Below are positions 1-12,054 of a stretch of 64,000 bases of DNA, in pieces. Made by a program: the position numbers and the translations under genes. Where the stretch lies: NCBI GenBank assembly GCA_036172245.1, contig JAYWIR010000019.1:1612001-1676000 (forward strand), in the 5' to 3' direction. Source of the stretch: Raillietiella orientalis. Its lineage: Eukaryota. Within the stretch, counting starts at the first letter, position 1; each line of letters begins with the position of its first letter. Under the pieces are notes generated by a model that worked only from the letters and a program-made list of their open reading frames with translations, was not told the DNA's origin and made no database searches.

Positions 1-552
1 AAATTGAGGTGTGTATCATTATTTGTTTTTTTTTTGTTTTTCTGTTTTTGACGTGATTTTCCCTCCTCCCCTTCCCAGGATATAAAGATGTTCCTCTTGT
101 CATTATTTGCACGGTAGGAATAACAGAATGCTTCCATGTTAACCTGCCCTAAAAGAGTACCAGGGTTATATTATATTGTCCTGGTGGATCGGGATGGAGT
201 TCCCGTGCTTAAGATGAAAGATCCAGATCTTAACCTTCACATTCAGTCAGCGTTTTTTTCAACACTCGCCATGATTACAGATCAGTTAAATAAAATGGAA
301 ATGGGCTGGCCTGCTTTTACTATTAGTCAATATCAGAAATTTCAGGTAAAGATACATTCAGAGGTAAAGTCAGATGCATACTTCTAGGTGGTACATTTCA
401 CATCCTCTTTGAAATCCGATGCGGCCCTGTCGGTCATTTTGGTCGCACTGCATGACACCAACACTGGACAGTTGATTTCTTTGCAAAAGGAGTTTCATCC
501 TATTTTGCAGTTATTAAAAGGAGTTGTAGAACCAGAACAAGGAAGCAAATAA
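1..552 (+). CDS. LAMTOR3: Ragulator complex subunit LAMTOR3 (MP1/MAPKSP1), 5' partial, spliced
   Basis: Exons <1-8, 79-113, 156-345 and 388-552, joined by GT-AG introns (70, 42, 42 nt), give ...DIKMFLLSLFARVPGLYYIVLVDRDGVPVLK...FFSTLAMITDQLNK...YQKFQVVHF...NTGQLISLQKEFHPILQLLKGVVE..*. This matches remembered LAMTOR3 motifs (DRDGVPV, FLSTFALATDQ, YQVVQF, NTGLIVSL). Confidence 0.9.
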
Positions 553-2404
553 ATCAGAAAGCTGTTGAAATCAACCAGCATGCATGGAAAGAACTTTCGA
601 AAAACACCATTCCAGTTTGCACAGATGAATCTGAGAATCCTAGTACCTGCTTTGAAACCTCATACAAGTAATTGGACGCCTACACGTGCTTGCTCGTGGT
701 TCACAGATTTGCCTTTTTTTTTTTTGGAAAATACAGCATCCCCAACATGGCCATCACCCATTTTATCCTTGAGTGGGAACTATAATGAATGCTAGCAATC
801 CCTAGGGAATAATCAGAAGCGCAGTCTTTCCTCGAGAAAGAATTCCCCTCGGTTTTGTTCGTGATGGTCAGTTTCCGGAGGATTCCAAACAATCGAATCG
901 CACTGTCACGATTAGGTTTCTGCTTATTTCCAAAATTAGTAAATCTATGTAATTTGTAAACAAACAAACAAACACAGGATGAATGTTCTTCCTCTGTTAT
1001 CAGCCAATTCCAGCTTTGTTGATGATATCCCTCAGGTGATTCAAGGTTTTCCCCTCTTACTATACAATTCCACAAGTTCGTGCAGTCCAGTCTCTTAGAT
1101 CATTTTCTTTGCCATATTCTTAGCGAGTTGTGCTACCGGCGAGTGCGGTGGAGCTTCGTCCAGTTGAAGACTGGGCAAACATGATTTGAAAACATCTTCA
1201 AGTCTTAATTGTAAGCAGCTCCTCTGCCCCCCCCCCCCTCCCCGAACGTGAAATGAAATCGCCTTTGCCATTCAGTTAATATTGAGAGTCGGTGATTAAT
1301 GAGTTTTCGCGGTGCACTTATTACTACGTAACCGCCAAAGGCTGCATTATGAAGTTCTAATTGGGAGGGAGTTGAAAAAAACGGTATGGAAACCGTGACG
1401 GCTCATCTCGACTCATGACTCACGTCAACGTCAAAGGGAATACCTATTTCGTAAACATCTCCACAGTGAGCGCTTGTCCGTGAACGTTATCTTCCGTTAA
1501 TTTTCCTGTGACTTGCAGACTGTGCTGTATCCGTGAGAGAAGATCAGCTTTCTGGTGGTTTCCTGGTTGTGATGTTCCAAATGTTCATTCCCTGCGGTGG
1601 CATTCGGCGATTTCGAATGAGACCCCGGCAGGTGTTGAACCCCCCGTTCGGGATTCAGAAACTTTTCCGAGATCCCTGGGGAAACCTTGAGAAAACGCTG
1701 CTACAGCGCAGCTCTAGGGTTCGACCCTCCTGGGGTCAATCTGGGGTCAATCTGGGGTCGGGCTTCCTGTGCCTTCTTCACGCTCTTTTATGTAATAATC
1801 CCTAATCGAGTTGTGCTACGAGAAGGAACGTTGCAGCGCTGCTGCTCCTCCTCACGGTTGACCTGAAGATTCGTTTTCCTTTTCTTTCTCTTTTTTCTGG
1901 CTTCCACGGAAGCACTCCCTGGGCACATGGAATGGACGGGAGTGAGTCGATTTTCCCGTTGGTGGTGTGCACTGCGGTGTGCCCCCCCGGTGCTGGCATC
2001 GCGCACGTGGTGTGCGGAGGCCACCTCAGCTCACGGTGGGTTGGTCACGGTCCGGGCCATCTGTGCCTCAGCAGAGGACCACCAGGACAAATCTCCCTCA
2101 GCAAATCGGGCTGCCCTTGCCCGCAAGACTCGCTCGTAACCACCACCACCTTCGTGGTGAACGAAATCAGCCCTTCGGGATGATTTTTCGGGATATCAGC
2201 AAAAGTTCGAGCGAAACGCGCGCGTGCCGAGGAGGGTTGTTTCTCCTTTCTTTTCTTTCTTTATTTTTTTGATGCCGGTGTGTTTTTGTTTTCAGAAGGC
2301 AGATATTAAGTCTTGCGTTGGTTTAAGTTGATGGGTATTTCAAGAGTGATTCATTTCGGACTTAAGCCGTAGTACATTGAAGTGACATTTATCGGGTTCA
2401 GCAC

Positions 2405-5063
2405 ATGTCAGCCACTCTGTTGAAGTTTACGCTCACAAGACTGTTTACCAGTTGTTCTGCAGTTATTAAAAAGCCATATGCGATCAAGATCAAGTGTCAG
2501 CTGCTGTGTAATACAGCCACATCGTTTGGAATCCCCAATCCAACTTGTACGTGTTAAAATGGTCCAACTGTTACTTTAACACCAATTTTCCCAGCATGTC
2601 TCCTGTACATTTAGTAGAGACTTAAAATGATGGAATACCTGCATTGTACATTGTGCTTTAAGTTTTTAGGAATGTGAAGCTTTCAAAGGATATCTCATGC
2701 AGAACTCACACATGTGGGGAACTGAATGAAAATCATGTTGGTCAGCAGGTGTTACTTTGTGGCTGGGTGCATAAAATCCGTGCCTGTAAATTCCTGCTCC
2801 TTCGTGATTCATATGGAATAACTCAGCTTGTTATTCCAGAGGTAGGTTATGGTTTTCCCTTATTTTCCATTAAGGCTTTGCTTAGACCCAGGATTTCACT
2901 GGAGCCTCAAGAATACCTTCAGAATATGTAATCATGATACAGGGTGAGGTCTGCAGGAGGCCACAAGACCAAGTGAATAAGGTGCGTAGAATATTATTCC
3001 CACATGACTCATGTGCCATTATTTAGTCGATGCTAACTGGTGACATTGAGGTGAGGATTGCATATTTGGAAATTCTGAACAAGGCAAACAAGAATTTACC
3101 TTTCCATTTTTCCCAGCATAATCAGGTAAGCTAATTGAATAACTAAAAATGCGTGCTTTCATTATTGCTCTCAGCCCAAAGAAAATCTAAGGTTGAAGCA
3201 TCGTTATCTGGCGTTTCGTTTGCCCTATCTTCAACAGAATCTGCGTGAACGCTCGAAGTTTATAATGAAAGCACGGGAATGTCTGATTCACAAGCACAAC
3301 TTTGTGGAAATAGAAACCCCCACTTTATTCTGCCCCACACCAGCGGTAAAGATGTAGTGAAATGAACAAGCACAACCAACATTAGAGCGAAACTGTGTAT
3401 TTAAGTTCCTGGCTTTTTAGGGAGCTCAAGAATTTGTTGTCCCCACTCAGTTCCCTGGACGCTTCTATTCTCTGGTTCAGAGTCCTCAGCAATTTAAGCA
3501 AATGTTGATGGTTGGAGCCTTTGATCGGTATTTCCAGATTGCCCACTGTTATAGAGATGAGAGTTGCAGTCCTGAGAGGCAACCAGAATTCACACAAGTA
3601 AATATCCAAAATGTAATATCATCTTTGCACATGTGCAGCACAGCTTGATATGGAGGTTTCATTCAGTACAGAGGCCAAGATCCGTCACCTGGTGGAGCAG
3701 CTTCTAGAGTTTTGCTGGCCAGAGCCAGTTGATCTCCCTTTCCCCATACTGACGTATGAGCAAGCCATCCAAGATTATGGCACAGATAAGCCGAACATCC
3801 AGTTTGATTTGAAGGTTCTTTCTGATTTTCCGTAACTGTCTTTATTATTTGCTTAGTAGTTGCATAACATTACTGGTTCGGTTCAAGGACAACAAGCAGC
3901 AAAAGATACAATTGCAGTGGGCCTTCTGTTGAAGAAGGATGTAGTTACAGACTGCATGCAGCAAATAAAGGCATATTGGGAGGGAAAGCAAGGGTGAAAG
4001 CACATGGGTGTGTTGTAGGACACCATAGTTTCCAGAATGCGTGAATACTTGGATCCTGTACATATCCTCGACTTTTCAGCATCTTCCAGCATCTTTTCAG
4101 TAGATCAAGTACAAACAGTAAAAAACGATTTGGGATGTACTTCTGATGATGTGCTGCTGCTCCAAGTTGGACAAGAGAAAGATGTGGTAAATAAGGAATC
4201 TTTGTCTTTTTTCCTTTCTAAAGTGAAATCGAAGCATCCTGGATTAGAAAGAATAGAGAATCAATAAAAGCAGGTCAAAATAGAAGCTGTTCACTGTTAT
4301 GAAACAAGATGCCAAATTAAAGTTGCTGTATTGGTTTACTAAAATAATAAGCTACCTTGTTATAGACTTGTTATACACAGTTCTTCATGGTGAATGTTGT
4401 ACTCCAGATTCCGAGTATGGGGAAAGTGCATCAAGATGTGGTACAAGTTCTGAAATCAAGCCAGACCATAAAAAAGCGAAAATTTGCTTTTGTGTGGATT
4501 ACGGAATTTCCTTTATTTGAGAGGGATCACAACAGTGGGGTATGGGTGTCGTGCCATCATCCTTTCACAGCCCCAGCTGCTGAAGATAGTGCTCTGATAT
4601 ATTCTGCACCTGAAAAGGTAATTTCAGAAAACTAATGATCAGCAGCTCCTCTTACCTCAGGTTAAAGGCCAGCATTTTGATTTGGTATTAAATGGTCATG
4701 AAGTTGGTGGTGGATCCATGCGGATACATGATTCTGCTTTACAGCAGTATGTTTTGTCAAACATTCTTCAACTGGATGCAACTCCGTTGAAACATCTGCT
4801 GGAAGCTTTGAATTCAGGTTGTCCTCCACATGGAGGGATAGCCTTAGGTAAGATTCTCCACTTTGTTTCTGCCTAAGGATTGGATGAATTTCGTAGGTGT
4901 TGATCGACTTTTAGCAATCTTATGTGATGTTCCATCCATCCGTGATGTTATTGCATTTCCCAAAGGCCAGCATGGAAAAGATTTAATGTCAGGAGCCCCT
5001 TGTCCTGTTTCTCAGGGAACTCTCGACCTATATCATCTTGCTGTGGCTAAGCCTTGTAGCTAA
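2405..5063 (+). CDS. DARS2: Mitochondrial aspartate--tRNA ligase, multi-exon
   Basis: ATG at 2405 opens a basic, Ser/Thr-rich, acid-free transit-like peptide. It is followed by [19 protein letters not shown] (OB fold), [53 protein letters not shown] (class II motif 2), [51 protein letters not shown] and IRDVIAFPK (motif 3). Stop at 5061-5063. Short GT-AG introns restore the frame (e.g. 3994-4035, 42 nt). Confidence 0.96.
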
Positions 5064-8000
5064 GATTAGCAGATTGGATGGGTTTTGCCATGGTTTTTTC
5101 CTTTTCTCTGAAAAACAACGAAGAATCTTCCTTTCAGCATGCCTGATTCTGGGGTGGAGTGGGTGAAAACGTTGTTTTCTAATTCAGAGAAGTGAAATTC
5201 TTTGTGAATTGATTAGGAACCCAAGGTGTACTTTGGGTGAAGTGTTGAAAGTCTATTTCTGAGAGTATTCTTCAGATGGACAGTATACTGAAGGAACGCC
5301 CCCTGAAGCAGGATGAGGTATTCAGAAAAAAAAAAAGGATTGCATGTAGGATGTTAATCATGAAGAATCCGGGCACAAAATATGTTTAAAAAAAGTACAC
5401 ATACACACACAAAGAAAAAAAGGTGATAATTTCCAGCGTTCCCTAAAAAACCTGCTGTGAATCGGAACCATAACACCCTCAGTAGTTGTTGCAGTTTAAT
5501 CTGTAAAGTAAGACTGAGTAAGGCATAGAAAATGCGTTCATCTGCTTGTTAATTAGTTGAGAACATAAGCAAATTACTGGTGGGATTTTGGTCTCCGGAG
5601 GCACTAGGCCGATATTTTTTGGCCTTAGAGCTGGTCGTCTTTGCCCTTTGCTTTTGCTTTCCATTCCTCCGCATTCGTTTGAAGTTGCCGTGTGCACACG
5701 TACGGTATGGCGCCTTTGCCAGTTGTACAATTCGGGTCGGGAGCCGTCATCTCGTCAAGAGAGAAACTCTTCCGAAACGCATTCGGCTGTTGGGAGACTC
5801 TGGAACTGCTTTTATCTGTATGCCCAGGTTCTCTTTGGCCGGGAAATAACGAGGATGAGGCAGAAAGCTGTGAGACCAGGAACGCCTAACCTAAGGGACA
5901 CCGTGGAACGAAAGTGTTTTGGACGGTGCATCTGGGAACAGGGAGAAGCAGTTTGTTTGTTCGTTTTCCTTCAGAGAATGTCAGTCGTGTTTCAATGTAT
6001 TTTCGTAAACGTTCACAACTAGGAAGGACGTCCCTCAGGTAGAGCAGCTGCAGAAATCGGCAAACTCCTTCAGCGATCCTTGAAGGAAGAGAAAAAAAAG
6101 GGAAAGAATCCTTTTCCAATCTCGGAGTGTGCCTCTGTGTCCGAAGGAGAGTTAAGCACTACACTAAACTGGAAATGGAGACAGCACAAAGGGGGCCTAC
6201 GAGAAAGTGGTGACGTGTTTCAAATCAGTAGGAGCAGCAGCTACCGAAACTGACCTCCGTCCTCTATAGCCGATCGATCGCCGTAGTACAAAGGTTGTGC
6301 TTATTCGAGGTGAAGCTGTTGCGCTTTTGCAGACTGAGCCGTAATGGCTTGCAACAGCCAAATGTCTGCCTGCGACAGGTCACGGAACTGGTAATCGTTG
6401 TGTACTCATAAGACTGTGGGGCAAACACGTGCCAAGCACGGGGCGCAACACGCCGAACCCACGAGTAAACTACAAGGCGCAACGTGGAAGGGCAAAGGGA
6501 AGATCAAGTGCGAGTGGATCACTTCCTGGTACTCAACGTACGAAAAGGCAAAGAAGTGAGCAGCAGATAAAACAACAGGTGCCCCGCGAGAGAGACCTAT
6601 ACAAACAAGCCCCCCGAAAAAAAAAAAAAGTTGTCCGGGAATCGTCTTGCGGAAATGCTTCGGTGTTTTCCACGAGCTGAAGAAGTCTGCAGCAGTCTGT
6701 TGAATGAAAGCAGTGCAGTCAGAGCAGCTGTGGTCTCAATCTGCTGTGCTTTTCGTCACCGGAAGATGTAGCAAGGGCTGCAGCGTGGTATGGGAAGAGC
6801 GACACCTTTCCAATGGGAGCAGTTTTGTGCCTCCTGGAAACGCACGGCCGTGCATCGGCTCGCAGTTTCTTTCTTTCTTTTCGTTTTCCTCATGGCGTGG
6901 AAACCGATCGAGCAACGGACTTGTGCGCTAAACGGAAACCATCATTTCAGGGAGATTAAAAACGGAAGCGAATTTCCCAGCAGCCTTGGATCAAGCAGCC
7001 TTTCCCATGTTTTCATCCCCGAGTGATTTTTTTCCCTTCCTCCTTTGATTAGCCCTCCTTTGCGCACCCGCTCACGTCCTGGGAAAGGATAAGGGCTGCT
7101 TTCGCATTTCATGATTTTGAAGAGGAAGCACTTTTTCGGTAATTTTTTTTGGCAACTCTCCCTCCAGGTGAGGAAAGCGGCGACCGGCGAACACGGGAAG
7201 GGGGAGCGAGGGTGGAAGGGTGACCAACGATCAGCAAGAGTCATCAGGAATCATCTTTCCTGCAACCGTCCCCTCTATCTCTAATTTGAACGGGGAAAGT
7301 CATCGAGCAGTCTAATTGATTCCCTTCCGTTTGTCGAGTTTTTCTTGTCGGTCGGTCAGTCGGAATTTGTTCGTCGGAGGGGGAGGGGAAGGGGGGGGGG
7401 GCCAGCGTTTGCTCTTGCATGAAATCGCAGGCTGCTGCTTCAGACCGGGAAGCGGAGAACCCGTAAACAAACATTCCGCGGAAGGCGAGGAGGTGCAATA
7501 AATTACTGGAGGGAAAGGCGACAATCCGCACGGAGCTTCGAGGCGGTGCTTTGCGTGAGCGCTGCTGCTGTTGCTGCTGCTGGTCGCGCGACGCTCGCTC
7601 GCGCGCGAGAACGCGCGCGAGCGAGAATCCGTGGTGACGGATCGGGGGAGCGCGCGTGGTTCCACGCAGTGCCGCCGCTCGACCTGCGCTCACGCCATCC
7701 TCTTGAGATTCAACCGCGAGTGGGAGGCTGTCGTTGCTCCTGATGCTGGAGCACCCGTTCCGGGCATAAGATCGTAGTCCCCAGACCACCTGCAAGGTAC
7801 CTTCCACTACCCCTTTCCCCCCCCCCCCCGTCCAAGAGAGCTGATGGCACCTTGTGGTCAGATCGGCACCCGAGAAGGGAGGCTCCGGAGGCAGTGGCTC
7901 TGTTTTGTCTTGGTAGTGCCGTGACTCCATGAGTCCCGAAGACCTGCTTGGAGCCAGGGCTGCTGCTGCTGTCAAGGAGCCAAGTTCCGCGGAGCGACTC

Positions 8001-11000
8001 CTGCTTTGGCGGATGGAAAGCTCCCGCCAGGAGTTCGTTCCATGGCCGCCTCTTGGACCGCCACCTCTCCATCTCGGGCAACAGCGCGACAAGCAGCACG
8101 CAAAAGCCATGCATCTCGGTGGAGAGGTGGGGATTCGTCTCGGCGCCACCTGTTCAACGGGCTCGTGAGAAGGCGGGGTGGAACGGAAGGATCCGCGCGA
8201 ATTCTTCGGGATGTGAGGGCTCGTCCGCGGGCGACAGAGGGCTCCGCGAGCGTCGTGACCCCAGGTTTCTCGGAAGAGACGGTGCAAACCGAGGGCCTAC
8301 GTTTTCTGCTGCCCACTGCGGACGCTGGGACGGGGATTCACGATGAAGGGTCCGTCCGGTGCGGGCGGCTCCATGTACCCTCCTGGTCCCATCGACGCTT
8401 ACGCCTGGCGCTCCTCGCCAGACCCACAGTCGTCCTGGAAGCCGCTGGGCATCTTCCGGGGAGATCCTCGGTCATTCTCTTGACGCTACTCCGTTCGTGA
8501 GGGAGGAATGGGGTGGTGAGGGAGGCTGCTCAGAGAGCGTGGGAAGAGGGGTGGGAAGGGGCGGCACCGCCTTCCTTCCCTCCTCTACTTCCCTTTCCCC
8601 CTCCCTCCCAGCTCGTCCATGTATCCGAGAGAGAGACCTGCGGGGGACCCTCCTCCGGGTCCGAAGGTAGGTCTTCCGGCTACATCTCGAGTGAGGGAGC
8701 GGGCCATCAAGCCCGCTGCGGGCAGCGACCTAGCTGAGCCGGGACCAACCGACGCCAGCAACGCGGGCAGGCGTACCCCCACCCGAGTTTACCCTCGGGT
8801 CGGGGCCGCGGGGGGCGAAAGAGATCGCCCTGAATCCGGGACTGAGCGCCCCTCGCCTGCAGGGCGCTGCTGACCTCAGAGCCGTATTGACGTGCACAGA
8901 GGGGCGCGGAGGACGAAAATGATCCTGCTTGCAAGTCCTCCCGCCTTCTTCCGGTAGATTTCGCCGTTTCCTTTCGGGTAAATCCGACAGGCCGTCCCTC
9001 TGGACTCCATGGGAAGGTGCAAGCAACCCGAAATCCGCCACCAGGGCGGACGAGCGAGGGAGGCATTTTGAGGCGCGAGGCCTGAAGAAAGCGCCCGGAG
9101 GGTCCGTCAGATGCCACGGGGCACGGAGGGAGGGGTCACGTCCCGAAAGAACGGGCGTAGGAGAGGAGGACAGGAGGCAACAGCGGTTCCTCTGACGCCG
9201 ACGAGCTGAGGGAGCCGGAGCGTTCCGACCTGCAGCCCGCTCTTCGGCCCCTGCCCTCTCGAGGACTCCCTCTGGAAACCGCCGGGGACCGCGAAGGCGG
9301 TGTGTCCCGGAATGCCCACGGGCGTTCGATCGTCCAGGAGCGCGTCCCAGGGAAGGGGACTGGGACGTTCCTTGCAGTAGGCGGCGCTTCCTCCGCCGCG
9401 TCGCAGAGTGCTCCTCCTTCCCGAGGTCGACGCAGCGGCCCACTGGGGCGGAAGCCGCGTTTTTCCCGCGCAGAGAGCGCGCGCGCGCTTCGGGAGGCTG
9501 TTGACGTCGTGCCGGAAGCTGGCGCACGCGCCACTCGCAGCGCCATCTTTCTCCTTTTCTCCCGCCGTAGCTTTCTTCCCAGAGGAGACGATGCCAAAAG
9601 CAGCCTCTCTCGGAGGAAACTGGGAAGAAGAAATGGAAAAAACAAAGGGAAGAAGAGGAAGAAGAGGTGGGGAAGAGAATTGGAGGACGAGGAGGAAGAG
9701 GAAGGAAGGAATGATCAAGGAGAAAAAGGGAGAGGGGAAGGAGGAAGAGGAGTAGGAGGGGGGTGGGGGGGTGGACGACGCTGGCGGCTGCTTCTTCTGC
9801 GGAGATGGCACCATCGCCGCCGCCAGCGGTGCTGCTCAAGAGGCGGCACGACATCCGTCAGCCGGTTGCCGGTGCGTATCCGCCGCCGCCGCGGTCTGGA
9901 CCAGGGACGGGGGGGGAAGGAGGAGGTGGGGGGAGGAGGGAGGGGGAGGAAAGCAGGTTGGCTGGCACAAAAGAATCATCCAGACAGGTTGAGCTTCCCA
10001 AATTGCGGGAGGATGCGTCCGGAGATCCCGTAATTGCCCGTCGCGTTCTGCTCCGTAATGGCTGCAGAGAGAGGGAGATAATTGTCCGCAGCGGCGAGTC
10101 GCGCGCATCCGCTAAGCCGCGGAGGCAACAAAGAATTTATCGGCGATTAAAGCGATCGCTTCACGGTTCGCGTGGTCGGCCGTGGGCGTTGTTCCCCCCC
10201 GGAGAGTGGGCGCTTGGCTCGAGAACTCGCGCACGCCCATAATTTGGGCAAATGGGTCTTCCGGCTGCGTTTCCCGAAGAGCTCGCTGCGCGCAGGGCAT
10301 CGAGATCACGGGTGGCTGCGCGAGCGGCAATCGCCCGAGCTGCGCGGGTCGGCTCGGCTCGGCCTCCCCCACCGGAACACCGCGTTCACACCGGTGTGTG
10401 TTGCCACCGGCGGAAGAAAGGATACAAGAACGGGGGGGGGGGAGAGAGAGAGAGAGAGAGAGGCGGGGGGGAGGATAAGTAAACGCTGCCGCCGCCCCTT
10501 CCTGACTGATTCCCGCCGCGAACGGCAGACCCTCTCACGGAAAGCACCCTCGCTCCAGGTATCCTTCCCTTCTGTTGGCGTCGTGGACCCGTCCCTGCCA
10601 TCGACCTGGGCTGCGGAAGATGAGGCGCCCCCAGGGAAAACGCGGGAAATCGCTCCCTCCTTTCCCCATCGCAAGCCCCATTTTCCTCCGACGCTGCTGA
10701 GCGGCGGCGGCAGCAGCAGCAATTTGCTCGCTTCCTGGGCCGCACGGGAGCGCGCGCTCCGCTGGGTTGGTGCGCTGCATCCCTGGGGATCGAACGTTCG
10801 GCGAACCCGCGGGCTTCTGGGAGAGCGGTTCTTCCCCTCGTCCTCCTCCCGCGCGTCCGCGGAGCCTCGGCAAAGGAGTCTTCTCCTCCCCCCCCCTTCC
10901 CTCCCCCCTCCTCCTGTGCCGAGACAGGTGCAGACAAAGAAAGTCATCCGAGTGTCGCGAGAGGGAATCTCGGATTCTAATCCGCCTTTAGAGCGAAGAT

Positions 11001-11562
11001 CAAACGATCTCATCGGGTCGCGCAAAGCGATTTTTTCTTTTTTTTTTTTTGTTTCCTCCTCTCCCTCTCTCCCCCTTTCCCAGATTTTCGAGCCGGTTTG
11101 TCCCAATTACACCTGCCTACTTTGTGCATCGTCGATGCGGAGGAATTCTTTTCGGGATCATTTCCATAATTGATGGCTGCGCGCGCGTTTCATCAAGGCC
11201 CACTCCGCCAGCGCCTCCAGGTCTTTTTGTTTGTCCTACGGAGCGGCAGGTTGTTGGCAAATCCTCTCCGCGTGCCAACTCACGAAGGCATTTCGTTAAC
11301 TCGGTTTTCCCGGCCCATGAAGTCATGTCCATTGTGCCCAAATCACTCACCGTTTCATAATCTGCGGGCAAAAGGCTTCGTCTTCGGAACGGTGCCCGGC
11401 CGGAGGAGGCCTGCTTCCCCGATCTCGGACGGGATGCTCCGCTGTTGCCTTTCATCCAGCTTCCCGGAGGAGAGGATTGGGGAAACAGAGGATGCCACGC
11501 ACTGCCTTTCGCGGATCCACGCTGCGCGAAGTCGCGGCGACACCGCCGCCGCCTCCCCCTGA

Positions 11563-11708
11563 CAACAATGCGCGCTGACGCCTCCCGCCGGCAACAATGC
11601 GCGCCGCCGCTCGCATTGTTGATGAGTGCCTTGCATTGTTGATGAGCGCCTCGCATTGTTGGCGAGCGCCTCGCATTGTTGATGAGCGCCTCGCATTGTT
11701 GGCGAGCG
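11563..11708. repeat. 20-bp tandem minisatellite (TCGCATTGTTGATGAGCGCC, ~5 copies) plus two inverted CAACAATGCG copies
   Basis: Units start at 11611, 11631, 11651, 11671 and 11691; opposite-orientation CAACAATGCGCG at 11563 and 11592. Each copy carries CATTGTT/AACAATG. Confidence 0.9.
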
Positions 11709-12020
11709 GGAACGACAAGCAGGTTGCGTATCTGTGGGACCCTTTCGAGCGCGCGCTCTTTCGTTTCTGTTTAGCATTCCTCGAATTGCAACAAAATGTA
11801 TTAATGTAGCGAAAGGCGTGGTCACTTCCATCTTCCCCGTGGGGCACGCCGATTCCCTCGCCGACCGAGCTGCCGGAAACTTGAAACGTAACGCAGAGTT
11901 TAAAACGTAATCACTGTCAGCGTAATCGCTCTTGAGGGTGCTGTCGGAGGGGCATATGGCACGAACGCAATCGAAGAGCACCTGATGGCATAAACAGACG
12001 TGTTGTTAGAACACACAGAA

Positions 12021-12054
<34 letters not shown>

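Noticed and set aside
1093..1224. Minus-strand exon-like stretch RSCLQLRLEDVFK...KKMI*
   Set aside because: No upstream exon or family motif found, and the acceptor is preceded by a G run rather than a pyrimidine tract.
1730..1810. Telomerase RNA template idea (TAATCCCTAATC; CTGGGGTCAAT x2.7)
   Set aside because: Neither matches TTAGG or TTAGGG templates, and no pseudoknot A-rich strand or H/ACA domain could be identified.
1863..2190. Hammerhead-like core (CTGAAGA ... CGAAA + stem + TT)
   Set aside because: Stem I and the 10.1-11.1 pair of stem II do not form in the required register.
3971..4018. Apparent GC-AG intron in DARS2
   Set aside because: A canonical 42-nt GT-AG intron (3994-4035) restores the frame equally well.
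11611..11708. CRISPR-like array
   Set aside because: Eukaryotic context; 10-nt near-identical intervening segments rather than unique spacers; no cas genes.
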